From the NCBI GenBank assembly GCA_048939765.1, contig JBHLPF010000002.1, forward strand, positions 52,163 to 116,162: DNA of 64,000 bases, given 5' to 3'. Position 1 is the first letter of the stretch. Every line of letters begins with the position of its first letter. This DNA comes from Promethearchaeota archaeon. Lineage in GTDB: Archaea; Asgardarchaeota; Thorarchaeia; Thorarchaeales; Thorarchaeaceae. The notes under the pieces are model-generated. The model saw nothing but the letters and a program-made list of their open reading frames with translations. It was not told the origin of the DNA and did no database searches. Positions 37,869 through 48,093 of this stretch are shown here, piece by piece. The position numbers were made by a program, and so were the translations under genes.

Positions 37869-37958
37869 GCCTCGGGGGTAGAGATACATGCAGATAACAT
37901 ATTGCTTCTATGGATTTCACTATTCATTTACCAGGGCGAATGCAAATCCGAGAGCGAA

Positions 37959-39047
37959 CTAGCGTGTGATCTGATAGCTCTTGACCTGTTCGTACAATCT
38001 GTTAGCGCTTCCCTTCTTCTCAAAGTGCTCTCGAATTGGTCGAACCGCCCTATCCAGATAGATGGTCATGGCATTCTTTAGGTCCAGTGGATGGAGATCG
38101 CCAGCTATGTAGCTCTTCTCCAAGTCCTTATAGGTTATGAACTCGGTGTCTCCTCCAAACTTCGGCTTTCTTTCCACAACCATGGAGTCGAATGACCTGA
38201 AGACTATGTGTTTTGCATAATCAAGTAGTGGATTGCCAACAACTTCTTTCGGGGGGCAGTATGCTCCCATTATCTTCGAACGAATCTCATCTAGTGAGTC
38301 ATGGACAAATATGCTTGAAGAGGGTTTGCTCTTGCTCATCTTCGTCTGTATCATATGCCAGTCGCGTTCCGCCTCATCAAGTCCATCGGGCTCAATTGCT
38401 CCCTCGAGATTGACCAACATATGATGGCTTATCACAACAGGTTTCCAAAGACCTAGCTTTGGACCGACTTCCCGTGCAAGTATGTTTGCTCTCCGTTGAT
38501 CCATGCCAAGCTGGGTAATGTCAGCCTTGAGGTGAAAGATATCTGATGCTTGCATCACAGGGTAGAAGTACTGTGCGACTTCTGACATCTCTCCCTCTCT
38601 TCTTCCCATGATTGTCAATGCACGCGTTGCTCTAGCCACAGTGGTGACTTTTGCAATCCTCACTACTCTCTCCCAATAGTCAATGGAGTCCATCGCATCG
38701 GATGCAAACAGGAACTCGACGCTGTTGCTAGGAACCCCAGCAGCTTTCCAGACCTCAATGAAATATTCCCCTGTAGTCTTTATTTTATCTAGGTCACCAC
38801 CCATCTTGTTATTGATCCATGCGAACCAATCAGCAAGCCAAATCTTGAATCTGACTCCGGCTTTGATGAGGTCCTTCAGCAAGAGTGGTCGATACACTCC
38901 GAATGGAAGATGTGCCATGCCTGATGGCTCGAACCCATCATAAGCAATTGGATTCTTTTTCTCTTCCAGCAATTGCCGAAGCTCCTTCTTGGTGACTATC
39001 TCTTCTCCAACTCCGGCGATTAGTTTGAAGCGTTGTTCGAGGTCCAT
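37959..39047 (-). CDS. tyrS: Tyrosine--tRNA ligase
   Basis: AYDGFEPSG, LADWFAWINNK, YPVMQASD, GMDQRRA, KMSKS, LHPLDLK; start at MDLEQR. Confidence 0.96.
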   Translation of the reverse strand: MDLEQRFKLIAGVGEEIVTKKELRQLLEEKKNPIAYDGFEPSGMAHLPFGVYRPLLLKDLIKAGVRFKIWLADWFAWINNKMGGDLDKIKTTGEYFIEVWKAAGVPSNSVEFLFASDAMDSIDYWERVVRIAKVTTVARATRALTIMGRREGEMSEVAQYFYPVMQASDIFHLKADITQLGMDQRRANILAREVGPKLGLWKPVVISHHMLVNLEGAIEPDGLDEAERDWHMIQTKMSKSKPSSSIFVHDSLDEIRSKIMGAYCPPKEVVGNPLLDYAKHIVFRSFDSMVVERKPKFGGDTEFITYKDLEKSYIAGDLHPLDLKNAMTIYLDRAVRPIREHFEKKGSANRLYEQVKSYQITR

Positions 39048-39171
39048 GCTTTGAAAAGAACATGTGATGTTCTTAACTGTTGCCCGAAGTTGAGGAGAAA
39101 GCTCCTCTAGCTGACACCTTATTACTGTACGAAGTACACTGTATAAAGCTAGGACGCAAAGCAGGAGGAAC

Positions 39172-39471
39172 GTGATGAAACACACTAAGGCTAAAGCTCC
39201 ACACCAGACCAGCACTGACTCTCCAGTACCCCAGAGAGTCTGGGGATTTGAGGGATGTGGTGCGATGTGGACATTCTATTCTGACAGAGAACAAGCCATT
39301 GAGTCTGCAATGGACAACCGAGTCCATGAGCTTGAAGTCTACGAGGCATTCTCTTTGGATAATACACGACGCCATGAGATGGGATATCCAAGCATCACAT
39401 TCAAGCAGTTTTTAGATTGCGTGAATCGTCAAACTCGTTGTGTTCCTGAGGACATAGACTGCATGGAGTAG
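39172..39471 (+). CDS. Small hypothetical protein
   Basis: Short ORF in intergenic space; the start may be later (MWTFYSDR). Confidence 0.4.
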   Translation: MMKHTKAKAPHQTSTDSPVPQRVWGFEGCGAMWTFYSDREQAIESAMDNRVHELEVYEAFSLDNTRRHEMGYPSITFKQFLDCVNRQTRCVPEDIDCME

Positions 39472-39740
39472 CTATGTGCTATGTCATTCCTTCCCTCATA
39501 AAGGTGACAAGTATCGAGTTCGCTTCAAAGAAGTCTGTTTCCGCCCTTTTTGCAGACTCTTCTGCTGCGTTTTGAGCGTCGGCTAGAGTCATCCTCTCTT
39601 ATCTTCTTATCTCCATAGATGATACTTGATATGCAATGCACATGAAGCCTGACAAATGACTTGTTCATGTTACACCTATTCCAACGGTGCAGTAGTGTTT
39701 ATAGGCCAATCCACTACTGCTCCGTGATTGGTGGCAATTG

Positions 39741-41069
39741 ATGTCTGATGCTGAATCCAGAAATCATCTCTCTGTCTTCTGGGACTTCGAGAACGTCCAT
39801 GAAGACTTTGGCACACATAGAGAGCTGACTGAGCGGATTCGTGAAGCTGGAAAAGTCGTGAAGGCTTACGCCTTTGCTGATTGGACCAATCGACGGCGAA
39901 TGGCGGAGGAGCTACATAACCTAGGCTACGACGTAATCCACGTGCCTGACAGCAGAGACAATGCTGCAGATTACAAGATGGCCGCATATATCATGGATCA
40001 TATGGTCCATTACCCTGAAACAACCTGTTATGTCATAATCACAGGTGATGGCGATTTCAAGCTCATCGCAGGAGCAATCCGGCAACGCGGGCTTGGTCTT
40101 TGGATCATAAGTAATCCAATCATCACGGCAAGTGAGCTCACTGACCTGGCAACCAAATATACTGACATACATTCTTTCAGGAGAATATCATTGGACTGTC
40201 CTGAAATCGGAGATTGCCAAGAGCGGGTTCGAAGTATTACTGAGATGAGACGCATTATGGGCGGGAAGCTTCATGATGCAATCCAGACAATAATAGAGGC
40301 AGGGAATAAACCAGGCATTGGAAATGTGAAGTATGTCATGTCTTCACTCAATCCAAGCTTTAACGAGAGAGAGCTGGGATTTCTGAGTTGGAATGAGTTT
40401 GTGAGATGGGCTGAATCTGAGGGCTATATTGTCAAGGAGGGAGAACTACCAAGCACTATTTTGAAGCTCCCCGACACACTCTCAGATGATATGTCGAAGC
40501 TCTCTGAAGAAAACAGAGAGGCCTTTGCCTTCCTTGTTCGAGTGGTCGAGGAAGGAATTGATGAAGGGCACCCCTTCACTCTACCCAAATTAAATGAAGA
40601 ACTCCAAGAAAGAGGCTTGGACATCTCAGAAGTAGGCTTCAGTAATCTACCCGATTTTGTATTCTCTGCGGAGAAGAGAAGCCTTGTCCGTGTAATGCCC
40701 TATGGAGAAGAAGAGGTAGTGGTCCTCCCGTATTGCAGGGTTGATCGAGTTCGTGAATGGTTTGAGAAGAATGTTAAACGACTCTACGGAGAGTCTGTGA
40801 ATGTTCCAAAGGATCTTTTCCTCGAAAAGATCAGAAACATGCTACTGGAGAATGGTAGCACTCTACCGCAAATGGAAGCCTTTCTCCAAGATGAGAAGAT
40901 AAGACAGGAATACCAGAGCATTTTAAACGCCAGTGATATTCCCTTTCTGCCACCATATCAAATGACCTTGACGCATGTGCTGTTGGGCAAAGGTCATAGC
41001 TGTAATGAAACCCTAGTAAAGGTCAATGAGGAACTAAGCCCTCTTGGAATTACCTTGGAATGCCCCTAA
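39741..41069 (+). CDS. NYN-domain ribonuclease with OST-HTH/LOTUS domains
   Basis: VFWDFEN, NAADYKM, ITGDGDF (NYN); PSFNERELGFLSWNEF and LDISEVGFSNLPDF (LOTUS-like). Confidence 0.88.
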   Translation: MSDAESRNHLSVFWDFENVHEDFGTHRELTERIREAGKVVKAYAFADWTNRRRMAEELHNLGYDVIHVPDSRDNAADYKMAAYIMDHMVHYPETTCYVIITGDGDFKLIAGAIRQRGLGLWIISNPIITASELTDLATKYTDIHSFRRISLDCPEIGDCQERVRSITEMRRIMGGKLHDAIQTIIEAGNKPGIGNVKYVMSSLNPSFNERELGFLSWNEFVRWAESEGYIVKEGELPSTILKLPDTLSDDMSKLSEENREAFAFLVRVVEEGIDEGHPFTLPKLNEELQERGLDISEVGFSNLPDFVFSAEKRSLVRVMPYGEEEVVVLPYCRVDRVREWFEKNVKRLYGESVNVPKDLFLEKIRNMLLENGSTLPQMEAFLQDEKIRQEYQSILNASDIPFLPPYQMTLTHVLLGKGHSCNETLVKVNEELSPLGITLECP

Positions 41070-41094
41070 AAGAATGAAAACGGAGATCACATGA

Positions 41095-42183
41095 ATGTCT
41101 GATGAAGTATACGAAAGACTTGCTGCAACTCTAGACAAAATCCCAAATGGATTTCCCCCGGTCCCAGATAGGAGTCACATCAAGCTGCTCAAGTGGATTT
41201 TCGAGGAGTCCGAGGCCGATTTGGCGAGCCAGATGAAGCTGATGGGTGAAACCATTGAGGACCTGAGTACTCGACTTGACCGGGACTCTGCGTCTCTAAA
41301 GGAACTGCTGGAAACAATGGCACGTAAAGGCCAGATTCGGGCTTGGAACTCCAGCACTGGAAGAAGGTACGCCCTAATTCCATTTGCCGTGGGAATATAT
41401 GAAGAGCAGGTGGGCAGAATGGACAAGGAGTTTGCCCAGCTTTATGAAGACTATTACAATACAGTGAAAGGTGTTGGTGACATGTTCTCTACTGAACCTC
41501 CGATCTTCAAGGTAATCCCTGTCAACAGGGCTGTAGAAACTGACCTTGAAATCTATCCGTATGAGAGGGCGGAGCATCTCATTGAAACCGCAAAATCTTG
41601 GGGTGTAAGGGAGTGTATCTGTAAGAGGCAGAAAGAACTAATGGGTGAGCCCTGCAGCTATCCGACTTCTGTTTGTATCATGATTGCTCCCAAGAAAGAG
41701 CATGCCTACGATGACGACGAGCTTACGAAAGTAGTCACCAAAGAGGGAGCTCTGAGAATCCTGAAGGATGCAGAGGAGGCTGGACTTGTTCACTGCAGCA
41801 TGAATATTCAGAGCGGTCAGACATACCTCTGCAACTGCTGTACCTGCTGTTGTGGTGTACTAAGAGGACTCACAGAGCATGAACGACCCTACGCATTCGT
41901 CAAATCCGACTTCATGATTGAGGTCGACGATGATCTTTGCACAGGGTGTGGCACATGTGTGGATAGATGTCAATTTGCTGCACTTGATGTTCCTGAGGAT
42001 ATTAGCGTCGTAAACACAGATCGCTGTGTCGGGTGTGGCGTATGTGCCATATCCTGCCCTGAGGGTGCTCTTCAACTTGTGGCACGACCTGATAGAGGTG
42101 AGAAGGTACCACCGGAGAAGTTCATGGATTGGATGACAGAGAAAGCGATTTCCAGAGGAGTCGACCCGTCAGAATTGATGTGA
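41095..42183 (+). CDS. 4Fe-4S dicluster ferredoxin-domain protein
   Basis: CICK, CNCCTCCC, CTGCGTCVDRC and CVGCGVCAISCP. Confidence 0.9.
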   Translation: MSDEVYERLAATLDKIPNGFPPVPDRSHIKLLKWIFEESEADLASQMKLMGETIEDLSTRLDRDSASLKELLETMARKGQIRAWNSSTGRRYALIPFAVGIYEEQVGRMDKEFAQLYEDYYNTVKGVGDMFSTEPPIFKVIPVNRAVETDLEIYPYERAEHLIETAKSWGVRECICKRQKELMGEPCSYPTSVCIMIAPKKEHAYDDDELTKVVTKEGALRILKDAEEAGLVHCSMNIQSGQTYLCNCCTCCCGVLRGLTEHERPYAFVKSDFMIEVDDDLCTGCGTCVDRCQFAALDVPEDISVVNTDRCVGCGVCAISCPEGALQLVARPDRGEKVPPEKFMDWMTEKAISRGVDPSELM

Positions 42184-42253
42184 ACAGCGCTCAATCCGAT
42201 AATCAGACACATGCTTTAAGAGGTCCATATGTGACTAAGGAGCGAGGCTCCTT

Positions 42254-43225
42254 ATGACAGTCCACTCTGAAGAAGGAGAAGAAAAATCACCTGCTCGGCG
42301 TCGGTCAAAACGGTACATACCGAATCTTGCCGAGTTCTACTTCGAACCCACATATGACTGGACAATAGAGGAAGCCAGAGCGCTCTATGACGCTCGTGTT
42401 GGATTTGCGCAGGGAATCGAGCTGAACACAGTATTCTATGAGGACTGCATTCAGGGTATGGGAAGGCTTCCAGAAGGTTCTATTGACTTAGTGATAGCAG
42501 ATCCTCCCTTTGGTATTGACTTCAACGGGAAAAGCAGTGTATACAACAGAGATGAGAGGCTAGTTGTTGAAGACTACGAAGAGGTGAACGAATCCTATGT
42601 TGAATTCACGAAAAGATGGATTCGTGAGCTGCCACGACTACTCAAGGATGAAGGATCTATCTACATCTTCAGTGGATGGACGAATCTAGAACCCGTTTTG
42701 AGTAGTGCAAGAGAGATCGGACTCTCAACACTGAATCATATAGTCTGGCACTACCCATTTGGAGTATTCACCAAGAGGCGATTCGTCACTAGTCACTACC
42801 ACGTCCTGCTGTTGGTCAAGAATCCAAAAAGCTACTTCTTCAACAAGATAGAACACTATCCTGAGGATGTATGGCCGGTAAAACGCAGGTATCGAGCCGG
42901 AGAAATCAAGAACAGTACTAAACTTCCATTAGAAGTGGTGAGTAGATGCATTGACTACTCCTCTAAGCCCGGAGACCTAATCCTTGATCCTTTCATGGGC
43001 AATGGCACCACAGCTGTTGCTGCAAAGACGAGCTGGAGACACTATGTCGGATATGAGATTAATGAGCGGCTTAAACCAGTGATTGAATCTGAAGTATCCT
43101 CAGTGGCTCCGGGTGAATGCTTTACACCCTATGCCATCCGTCTTCCAACAATCGATGAGCTAGCAGAGGCATATCCAAAGGCCTATCGTGAGTACCTTCG
43201 AAGAGAGAAGGAGGGGAAAAGGTAA
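42254..43225 (+). CDS. Site-specific DNA methyltransferase (N6-A/N4-C, beta class)
   Basis: IADPPF catalytic motif precedes TKLP and LDPFMGNGTT SAM-binding motif. Confidence 0.92.
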   Translation: MTVHSEEGEEKSPARRRSKRYIPNLAEFYFEPTYDWTIEEARALYDARVGFAQGIELNTVFYEDCIQGMGRLPEGSIDLVIADPPFGIDFNGKSSVYNRDERLVVEDYEEVNESYVEFTKRWIRELPRLLKDEGSIYIFSGWTNLEPVLSSAREIGLSTLNHIVWHYPFGVFTKRRFVTSHYHVLLLVKNPKSYFFNKIEHYPEDVWPVKRRYRAGEIKNSTKLPLEVVSRCIDYSSKPGDLILDPFMGNGTTAVAAKTSWRHYVGYEINERLKPVIESEVSSVAPGECFTPYAIRLPTIDELAEAYPKAYREYLRREKEGKR

Positions 43226-43284
43226 AGCCTTGTACTCAATTGCAGATGTGAAGGACACCAGAGGAATAGAATGGAGGCCAAGCA

Positions 43285-44724
43285 TTGAGTGCTGAAGACA
43301 TCTACGACCTTCTCGATAAATCAGAAGATAGGCTGGCAGATGTGAGTGCAGCGAGTGATGTCTTCGACAGACAGTTTGGTTCAGAGCTGGTCAATTGGGA
43401 GCTTAAGCTGCAACAGCAGTTCAAGCATCGGATATCTGGAGCTAGATATCACTACCATGGGTTTGTTCGATATACCTCCGTTAAGTCCCGCTTTCTTCTG
43501 ACTCCAAGTCCATGGCTGGTTGAAGGTATTTTCATCGAGCTGCCTGATGATGTTGAACCCCCAAATGAAGGTGCAAGGATTGAGGTCACAGGTAAACGGG
43601 TCGCTCTCCCAGACTACTTGGAGCGCAACAAGCCTTCTCCAGCCGCAATATTGGCTGATTCCATCGAGCTATCGACAGAAGACTATCTAGCAGACATACA
43701 TCCACCCATGAATCTCAAGGGCCTCTCTCGTCTATTGTTTGAAAATGTCGGTATGGCTGAGGCAAGCAAGCAGGTGTTCGCACGTCTATTCGTATCAAGC
43801 CCTCCCTTTCAGGAGAGTGTGGGGGGCCTTACTGCGGGAATCCAAGCAATAGCGTCCAAGCAACAGGTTCAACGGCTTATGAGGTTCATGCGTCAAATCT
43901 TGCCATCCACCTTTCGCGGAAAGTGGACCAAGACTCGGAGCGTGAGCGGCATCAGCGTTTCCACTCCTCGAATATGGAGACTGGACATTGGGCATCCTGG
44001 CAAGAAGGGAATGGAAGAGCTCTGTGTGAGTCGCCACGATAGATCTGGATTTAGGGAGGTTTCCTTGGGCGCTCTCACGACTCAAGAGACCGCGGCTTTG
44101 CCTGATGTGCCGCTTGCTTTGGCATCAGAGGACTTCTGGATTGAAACCACAAATCCGTCCGATCTAAGACTTCCGATACTGAAGTCAGCAATCACTTTCC
44201 AAATGATGGACCCCGTGATATCAAAGCGGAGTGTTGAGTCTGGCACAAAACACATCCTGTCCAAGCTTGAAGGTCTAAAGGAGAGTTTTGGGCTAGACGA
44301 CTCTGCATTTGCGAGAGGTCATATCTTGGATGCGGACGCCTATGGAAGGCCCCTCGGGGCAATACGACTTGCACGTTCCACCGCAAGGGCATATTGGAAA
44401 GACAAGATAGCGACTGCAGACATCAAACAATCGTGGGACCGAGTGCTCGAGCCTGCGTTGAAGGAATTTATGGAACTCACTCAACTCAAGAGTGAAACTG
44501 AGCGAGATTGGGGCAAGGATCGACCAATTCACAGGTTCAACACTAAGGTGCTCCGTGCTCTGAAGAAGCTGGACACTGGAGGAAGCGGATTCCTCGGTCC
44601 TACATTGGAAGATATAGCTGCGGAGGCGGACGTAGAACGACATGTTGCTGCTGAAGCGCTGGAGAGGATGAAAGATAGCGGGGTTCTCTACGAACCCCGA
44701 GTTGGCCATTATAGGCTAGTGTAA
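43285..44724 (+). CDS. MCM-like protein with OB fold, degenerate AAA+ domain and C-terminal wHTH
   Basis: IELPDDVEPPNEGARIEVTG (MCM OB), RPLGAIRLARSTARA (sensor-2 helix), GVLYEPRVGHYRLV (archaeal MCM C-terminus); no Walker A/B. Confidence 0.7.
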   Translation: MSAEDIYDLLDKSEDRLADVSAASDVFDRQFGSELVNWELKLQQQFKHRISGARYHYHGFVRYTSVKSRFLLTPSPWLVEGIFIELPDDVEPPNEGARIEVTGKRVALPDYLERNKPSPAAILADSIELSTEDYLADIHPPMNLKGLSRLLFENVGMAEASKQVFARLFVSSPPFQESVGGLTAGIQAIASKQQVQRLMRFMRQILPSTFRGKWTKTRSVSGISVSTPRIWRLDIGHPGKKGMEELCVSRHDRSGFREVSLGALTTQETAALPDVPLALASEDFWIETTNPSDLRLPILKSAITFQMMDPVISKRSVESGTKHILSKLEGLKESFGLDDSAFARGHILDADAYGRPLGAIRLARSTARAYWKDKIATADIKQSWDRVLEPALKEFMELTQLKSETERDWGKDRPIHRFNTKVLRALKKLDTGGSGFLGPTLEDIAAEADVERHVAAEALERMKDSGVLYEPRVGHYRLV

Positions 44725-44735
44725 GGGAGATATGA

Positions 44736-45326
44736 TTAGAAGGACCTCCAGAACTCGTCTGGTTCATTTCCCTCTTCGATGAGTTCTATCTCTTGAACTC
44801 CCACACGTTCGGCATCATATTGTCGGGCTAGGATTGTACCATCGAACTTCTCTCTGGCACTGGCATCTGAACCTCGCCAAACATAGATGTCATCCCATGC
44901 ATCCAGAAGAAACACGTCATCGCTTCTTAGAGAATCACGGGTCACAGGGACCTCTGCAAAGTACGTGTCATCCCCTTCGCGATGGACTCTCCAGAGTCTG
45001 TGCTCGTGGGTCTCCAGCTGCACTTTCCTCAGGATACCGGCGGTGTCTTCATCAGTCAGCCTGAAGTCATCGAAAAGCGCCTTGAACGAATCAGGTTCTT
45101 GACCTCCATCGATCCGATCAATGTCCGCATGACCTTTTCTTTCGGTGTCCTTGAAGACTGCCGATGCTGCAGTGAGGAACTTCTCATCAACTGAGGAGTT
45201 GGGACCTATCCAGAGATAGATTTTGGGACCCGCATCAACGAGATAGCAGTCACCTCTCCCAAATGCGCCCGGGTCTTTCATTCTCACCAGGCGGCCCTTC
45301 TGAATGTGGAAAACTGTTGACTCCAT
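44736..45326 (-). CDS. Two-domain gelsolin (Asgard actin regulator)
   Basis: GDCYLVDAGPKIYLWIGPNSSVDEK...GQEPDSF and DDVFLLDAWDDIYVWRGSDASAREK...EGNEPDEFW gelsolin repeats. Confidence 0.95.
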   Translation of the reverse strand: MESTVFHIQKGRLVRMKDPGAFGRGDCYLVDAGPKIYLWIGPNSSVDEKFLTAASAVFKDTERKGHADIDRIDGGQEPDSFKALFDDFRLTDEDTAGILRKVQLETHEHRLWRVHREGDDTYFAEVPVTRDSLRSDDVFLLDAWDDIYVWRGSDASAREKFDGTILARQYDAERVGVQEIELIEEGNEPDEFWRSF

Positions 45327-45584
45327 GTCGAAGTTGATGTTCTATTCTAGCCTTAAATTAACGTCAGATATATTCACTAGGACTCAGGTTCTCTTGGCCA
45401 CTTGAATATCGAGTCTTGAGCGTCGGTGGAGAGACGGCAATTCTTGCAGAGCGTTCCTAGCGATTCATTAGAATCTGAAACTCGATCTCCGATGCCCTTT
45501 GCATCATTCACTACTGAGTTCTTCCAATGGGAGAAGTTCTAAAAGCAACCAGATGTTATTGTCATGTATTAGGAGAGAACTGAA

Positions 45585-46040
45585 GTGACGAGCATCATAG
45601 AGATGCCTCCCACGATTATTACCCTCTGGCTTCATAACGCTGCTATCATTCTATCCATTGCCGTAGCTCTTGGAACAGTTAAGTGGAAGATGATGAATTC
45701 CAGAACGCTCTTTGCCCGCTTCTTTTCTGTGGAGATAACTAGTTATTGCGTGTTCTACCTATTCTACCAAATCGCCTACCTGATTTTCCCACCCTTCTTA
45801 CCAGCGAATATTTCTATGATCCCTCTGGGACTCGAAGCCATTGCAGGCGCCGGATTCCTTCTTCTGCTCCCATCTGGACTTATCGCTTTGTTGAGAATGC
45901 CAATAATCCAGATACCGCATTTTGGACCAGAAGTCGACGAGTTGGATGTTCAAAATCGTTTGGACTCAAAGCACATGGGATTCAGGGTCTATTTCATCAC
46001 AATCACAATTCTAGCCGTTCTATTCTTCCTTCTCATTTAG
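45585..46040 (+). CDS. Hypothetical membrane protein
   Basis: GGAG RBS, 4 hydrophobic segments. Confidence 0.6.
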   Translation: MTSIIEMPPTIITLWLHNAAIILSIAVALGTVKWKMMNSRTLFARFFSVEITSYCVFYLFYQIAYLIFPPFLPANISMIPLGLEAIAGAGFLLLLPSGLIALLRMPIIQIPHFGPEVDELDVQNRLDSKHMGFRVYFITITILAVLFFLLI

Positions 46041-46362
46041 AATGTGGCCAGCGAGATTCCTCACTAGCTCCTCGATCTTCTCAATCAACCCCAATAGCGC
46101 CCACTTGTATACAAGCTCCGGGGTGGCCGTGCAATAGATGTACTAGGGTCTGCATAGGTATTTGCGCAGTCGAATATCTTGCCTGACCTCTCCCCCTGAG
46201 TCGTCTGCAGAGGACCTCCACTTGGATTCCTCTCTGTGATGGTTTCTCTCAATTTTTCCTTAAGCTATCGTCAGACATGCTCACAAAGACTCCAGTTCTC
46301 TTGTCCACATGAATACCGACTCCTGAGCATCGGCGTCTAGGAACCCTTCAGAGAGAATGCTC

Positions 46363-46662
46363 CTAAAGCGCGGAACCTGCTGACGCACGAATCTCAACCT
46401 TTACTGCTACTCTGTCATGAGAATGCGGAGCAACGACGATGTTCTTGAACAGGAGTTTGGCATCGGAGTATTCCTGAAACCGTTTTGAAATTCGATCCCC
46501 TATCTCATTGAGAGAATCAAGAGACGCCGAAGCCGTAGTATAGACCACCACGATTCTGGGCTCCTCTCTGACAATCTCCACAAGTTCTTGCTCCCTGATG
46601 CTGGAGTTGACAGAATCGAAAAGAGTCTTCTCGAGCTTACCCATTATATCAGGCACCAACAA
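46363..46662 (-). CDS. Hypothetical protein
   Basis: 99 aa ORF with alternating alpha/beta composition; no family recognised. Confidence 0.5.
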   Translation of the reverse strand: MLVPDIMGKLEKTLFDSVNSSIREQELVEIVREEPRIVVVYTTASASLDSLNEIGDRISKRFQEYSDAKLLFKNIVVAPHSHDRVAVKVEIRASAGSAL

Positions 46663-46908
46663 GAACTTGTCCCACTAGGCTATAAGTCTTGAGACGCACC
46701 TCGCATTTCCCAAAATCCTTGGAGCCTCTGAACTAAGCCCCCGTCGGGTGTATTCAGTTGGTCTCAGACTTTCCAAGCCGCTTGAAAATCGACTCCTAGG
46801 CATCACTTAAGAGATGCCTGTCCTATCTCCAAAAGATGCAAAAGCACGAACATCGTTTTCACACAGACTACTGCGTATAATTGACTGACAATTGGAGGAA
46901 ACCAACTC

Positions 46909-47568
46909 GTGAGCGGTGGTATTGGAGAGGACGAGGCTTCCTCTCATCCGAATAGTCCCACTGAACAAAAGAAGTTCCTATACTCTGGGATGGTGGGGAG
47001 TTTCATTGCCAGCATTAGCTACCTCGCAGCATTAACGTACTATCTCTTGACTCTGCCGCTTGGATACTTGGACGTGAACGGCTACATGTTCCACTTTTCA
47101 TTCATATATGGACTCTTTATCCCATTCAGCGCACCACTCCTCGCGGGAGGATACTACGGTCTATCCAAGAAATATCATCAGGAGCATCTCAGAATAGCCG
47201 CTGGTATAATGACAATTCCTTTCGTCCTGTCAATCTATGGGATTGCTGTGCTGGTAGCATGGTTCAATGTCCCAGCATTCGCATTGATGCATTTCCCATC
47301 TCTATACATTATTGTCTTCAATTCGATTTTGGCTGGAATTGGGTTCCATAAGGTTCACGAACAGTTATTCAATCCCAGAGCAGTCCGAATCTATGCTCTT
47401 CTGCTCATAGGATGGAACACTATCTATTTCTTCATGCAATTCTACAACTTCATTAGCCTAAACAACATCGGGCTAATATTGTTCATTGTAATTCACCATT
47501 CTTTGAATATCATACTAGGAATCCTAGCAGCTTACATCTTTCACGGAGAGTCGCGAATGCCTTCGTGA
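46909..47568 (+). CDS. Hypothetical membrane protein (about 6 TM)
   Basis: GGAGG RBS, hydrophobic helices. Confidence 0.7.
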   Translation: MSGGIGEDEASSHPNSPTEQKKFLYSGMVGSFIASISYLAALTYYLLTLPLGYLDVNGYMFHFSFIYGLFIPFSAPLLAGGYYGLSKKYHQEHLRIAAGIMTIPFVLSIYGIAVLVAWFNVPAFALMHFPSLYIIVFNSILAGIGFHKVHEQLFNPRAVRIYALLLIGWNTIYFFMQFYNFISLNNIGLILFIVIHHSLNIILGILAAYIFHGESRMPS

Positions 47569-47628
47569 CACAGTCTGGTGCGGTTTTCATGCATGTTTCC
47601 GGACATATCTGCTATGATTTGGAGTGTT

Positions 47629-48093
47629 TCAACGAGTTATATGAAGCATGCTTATGACCCTGGTGATGAAATCAAGATTCCAGATCACCATACCAATCTC
47701 AAATGCAAATGCCAAGATCAGGATCAAATACTGTCCAGAGAATAGGACTATGTCGGGCACAAGAAATCCGACCCAGCGTCCTCCTCCCAAAATCAAGATG
47801 GCGGCTAGAATCACCATCATGAACCCACCGCATAGGAATCCCATTACTATTAAGACGCCTACCAAAACACCGCCTATGGAGAATAAGGTGAAGATCTCTT
47901 CTATGAACCGCATGAAAACCATCAATACCATACTGACCAGTAATGCAATTATCGCTGCTATTGCAGCCATATGAGGCATGAACGGACCACCAGCAATCAA
48001 TTGGAATACTATCAATGACGCAACTAAGAAAATCCATTGCGATATCTTGCTGAACCACCTATGATTCGAAAACATTGTTTCTTCGCTATCCAT
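47629..48093 (-). CDS. Hypothetical membrane protein
   Basis: Very hydrophobic 154 aa ORF. Confidence 0.6.
   Translation of the reverse strand: MDSEETMFSNHRWFSKISQWIFLVASLIVFQLIAGGPFMPHMAAIAAIIALLVSMVLMVFMRFIEEIFTLFSIGGVLVGVLIVMGFLCGGFMMVILAAILILGGGRWVGFLVPDIVLFSGQYLILILAFAFEIGMVIWNLDFITRVISMLHITR

Noticed and set aside
39048-39215. Hydrophobic, signal-like N-terminus on TyrRS
   Set aside because: The family N-terminus begins at MDLEQR (39047); the upstream part is probably promoter sequence that happens to be open.
42254-44724. Classical type II restriction-modification pair
   Set aside because: The downstream protein shows MCM-like motifs and no recognisable PD-(D/E)xK, HNH or GIY-YIG site.
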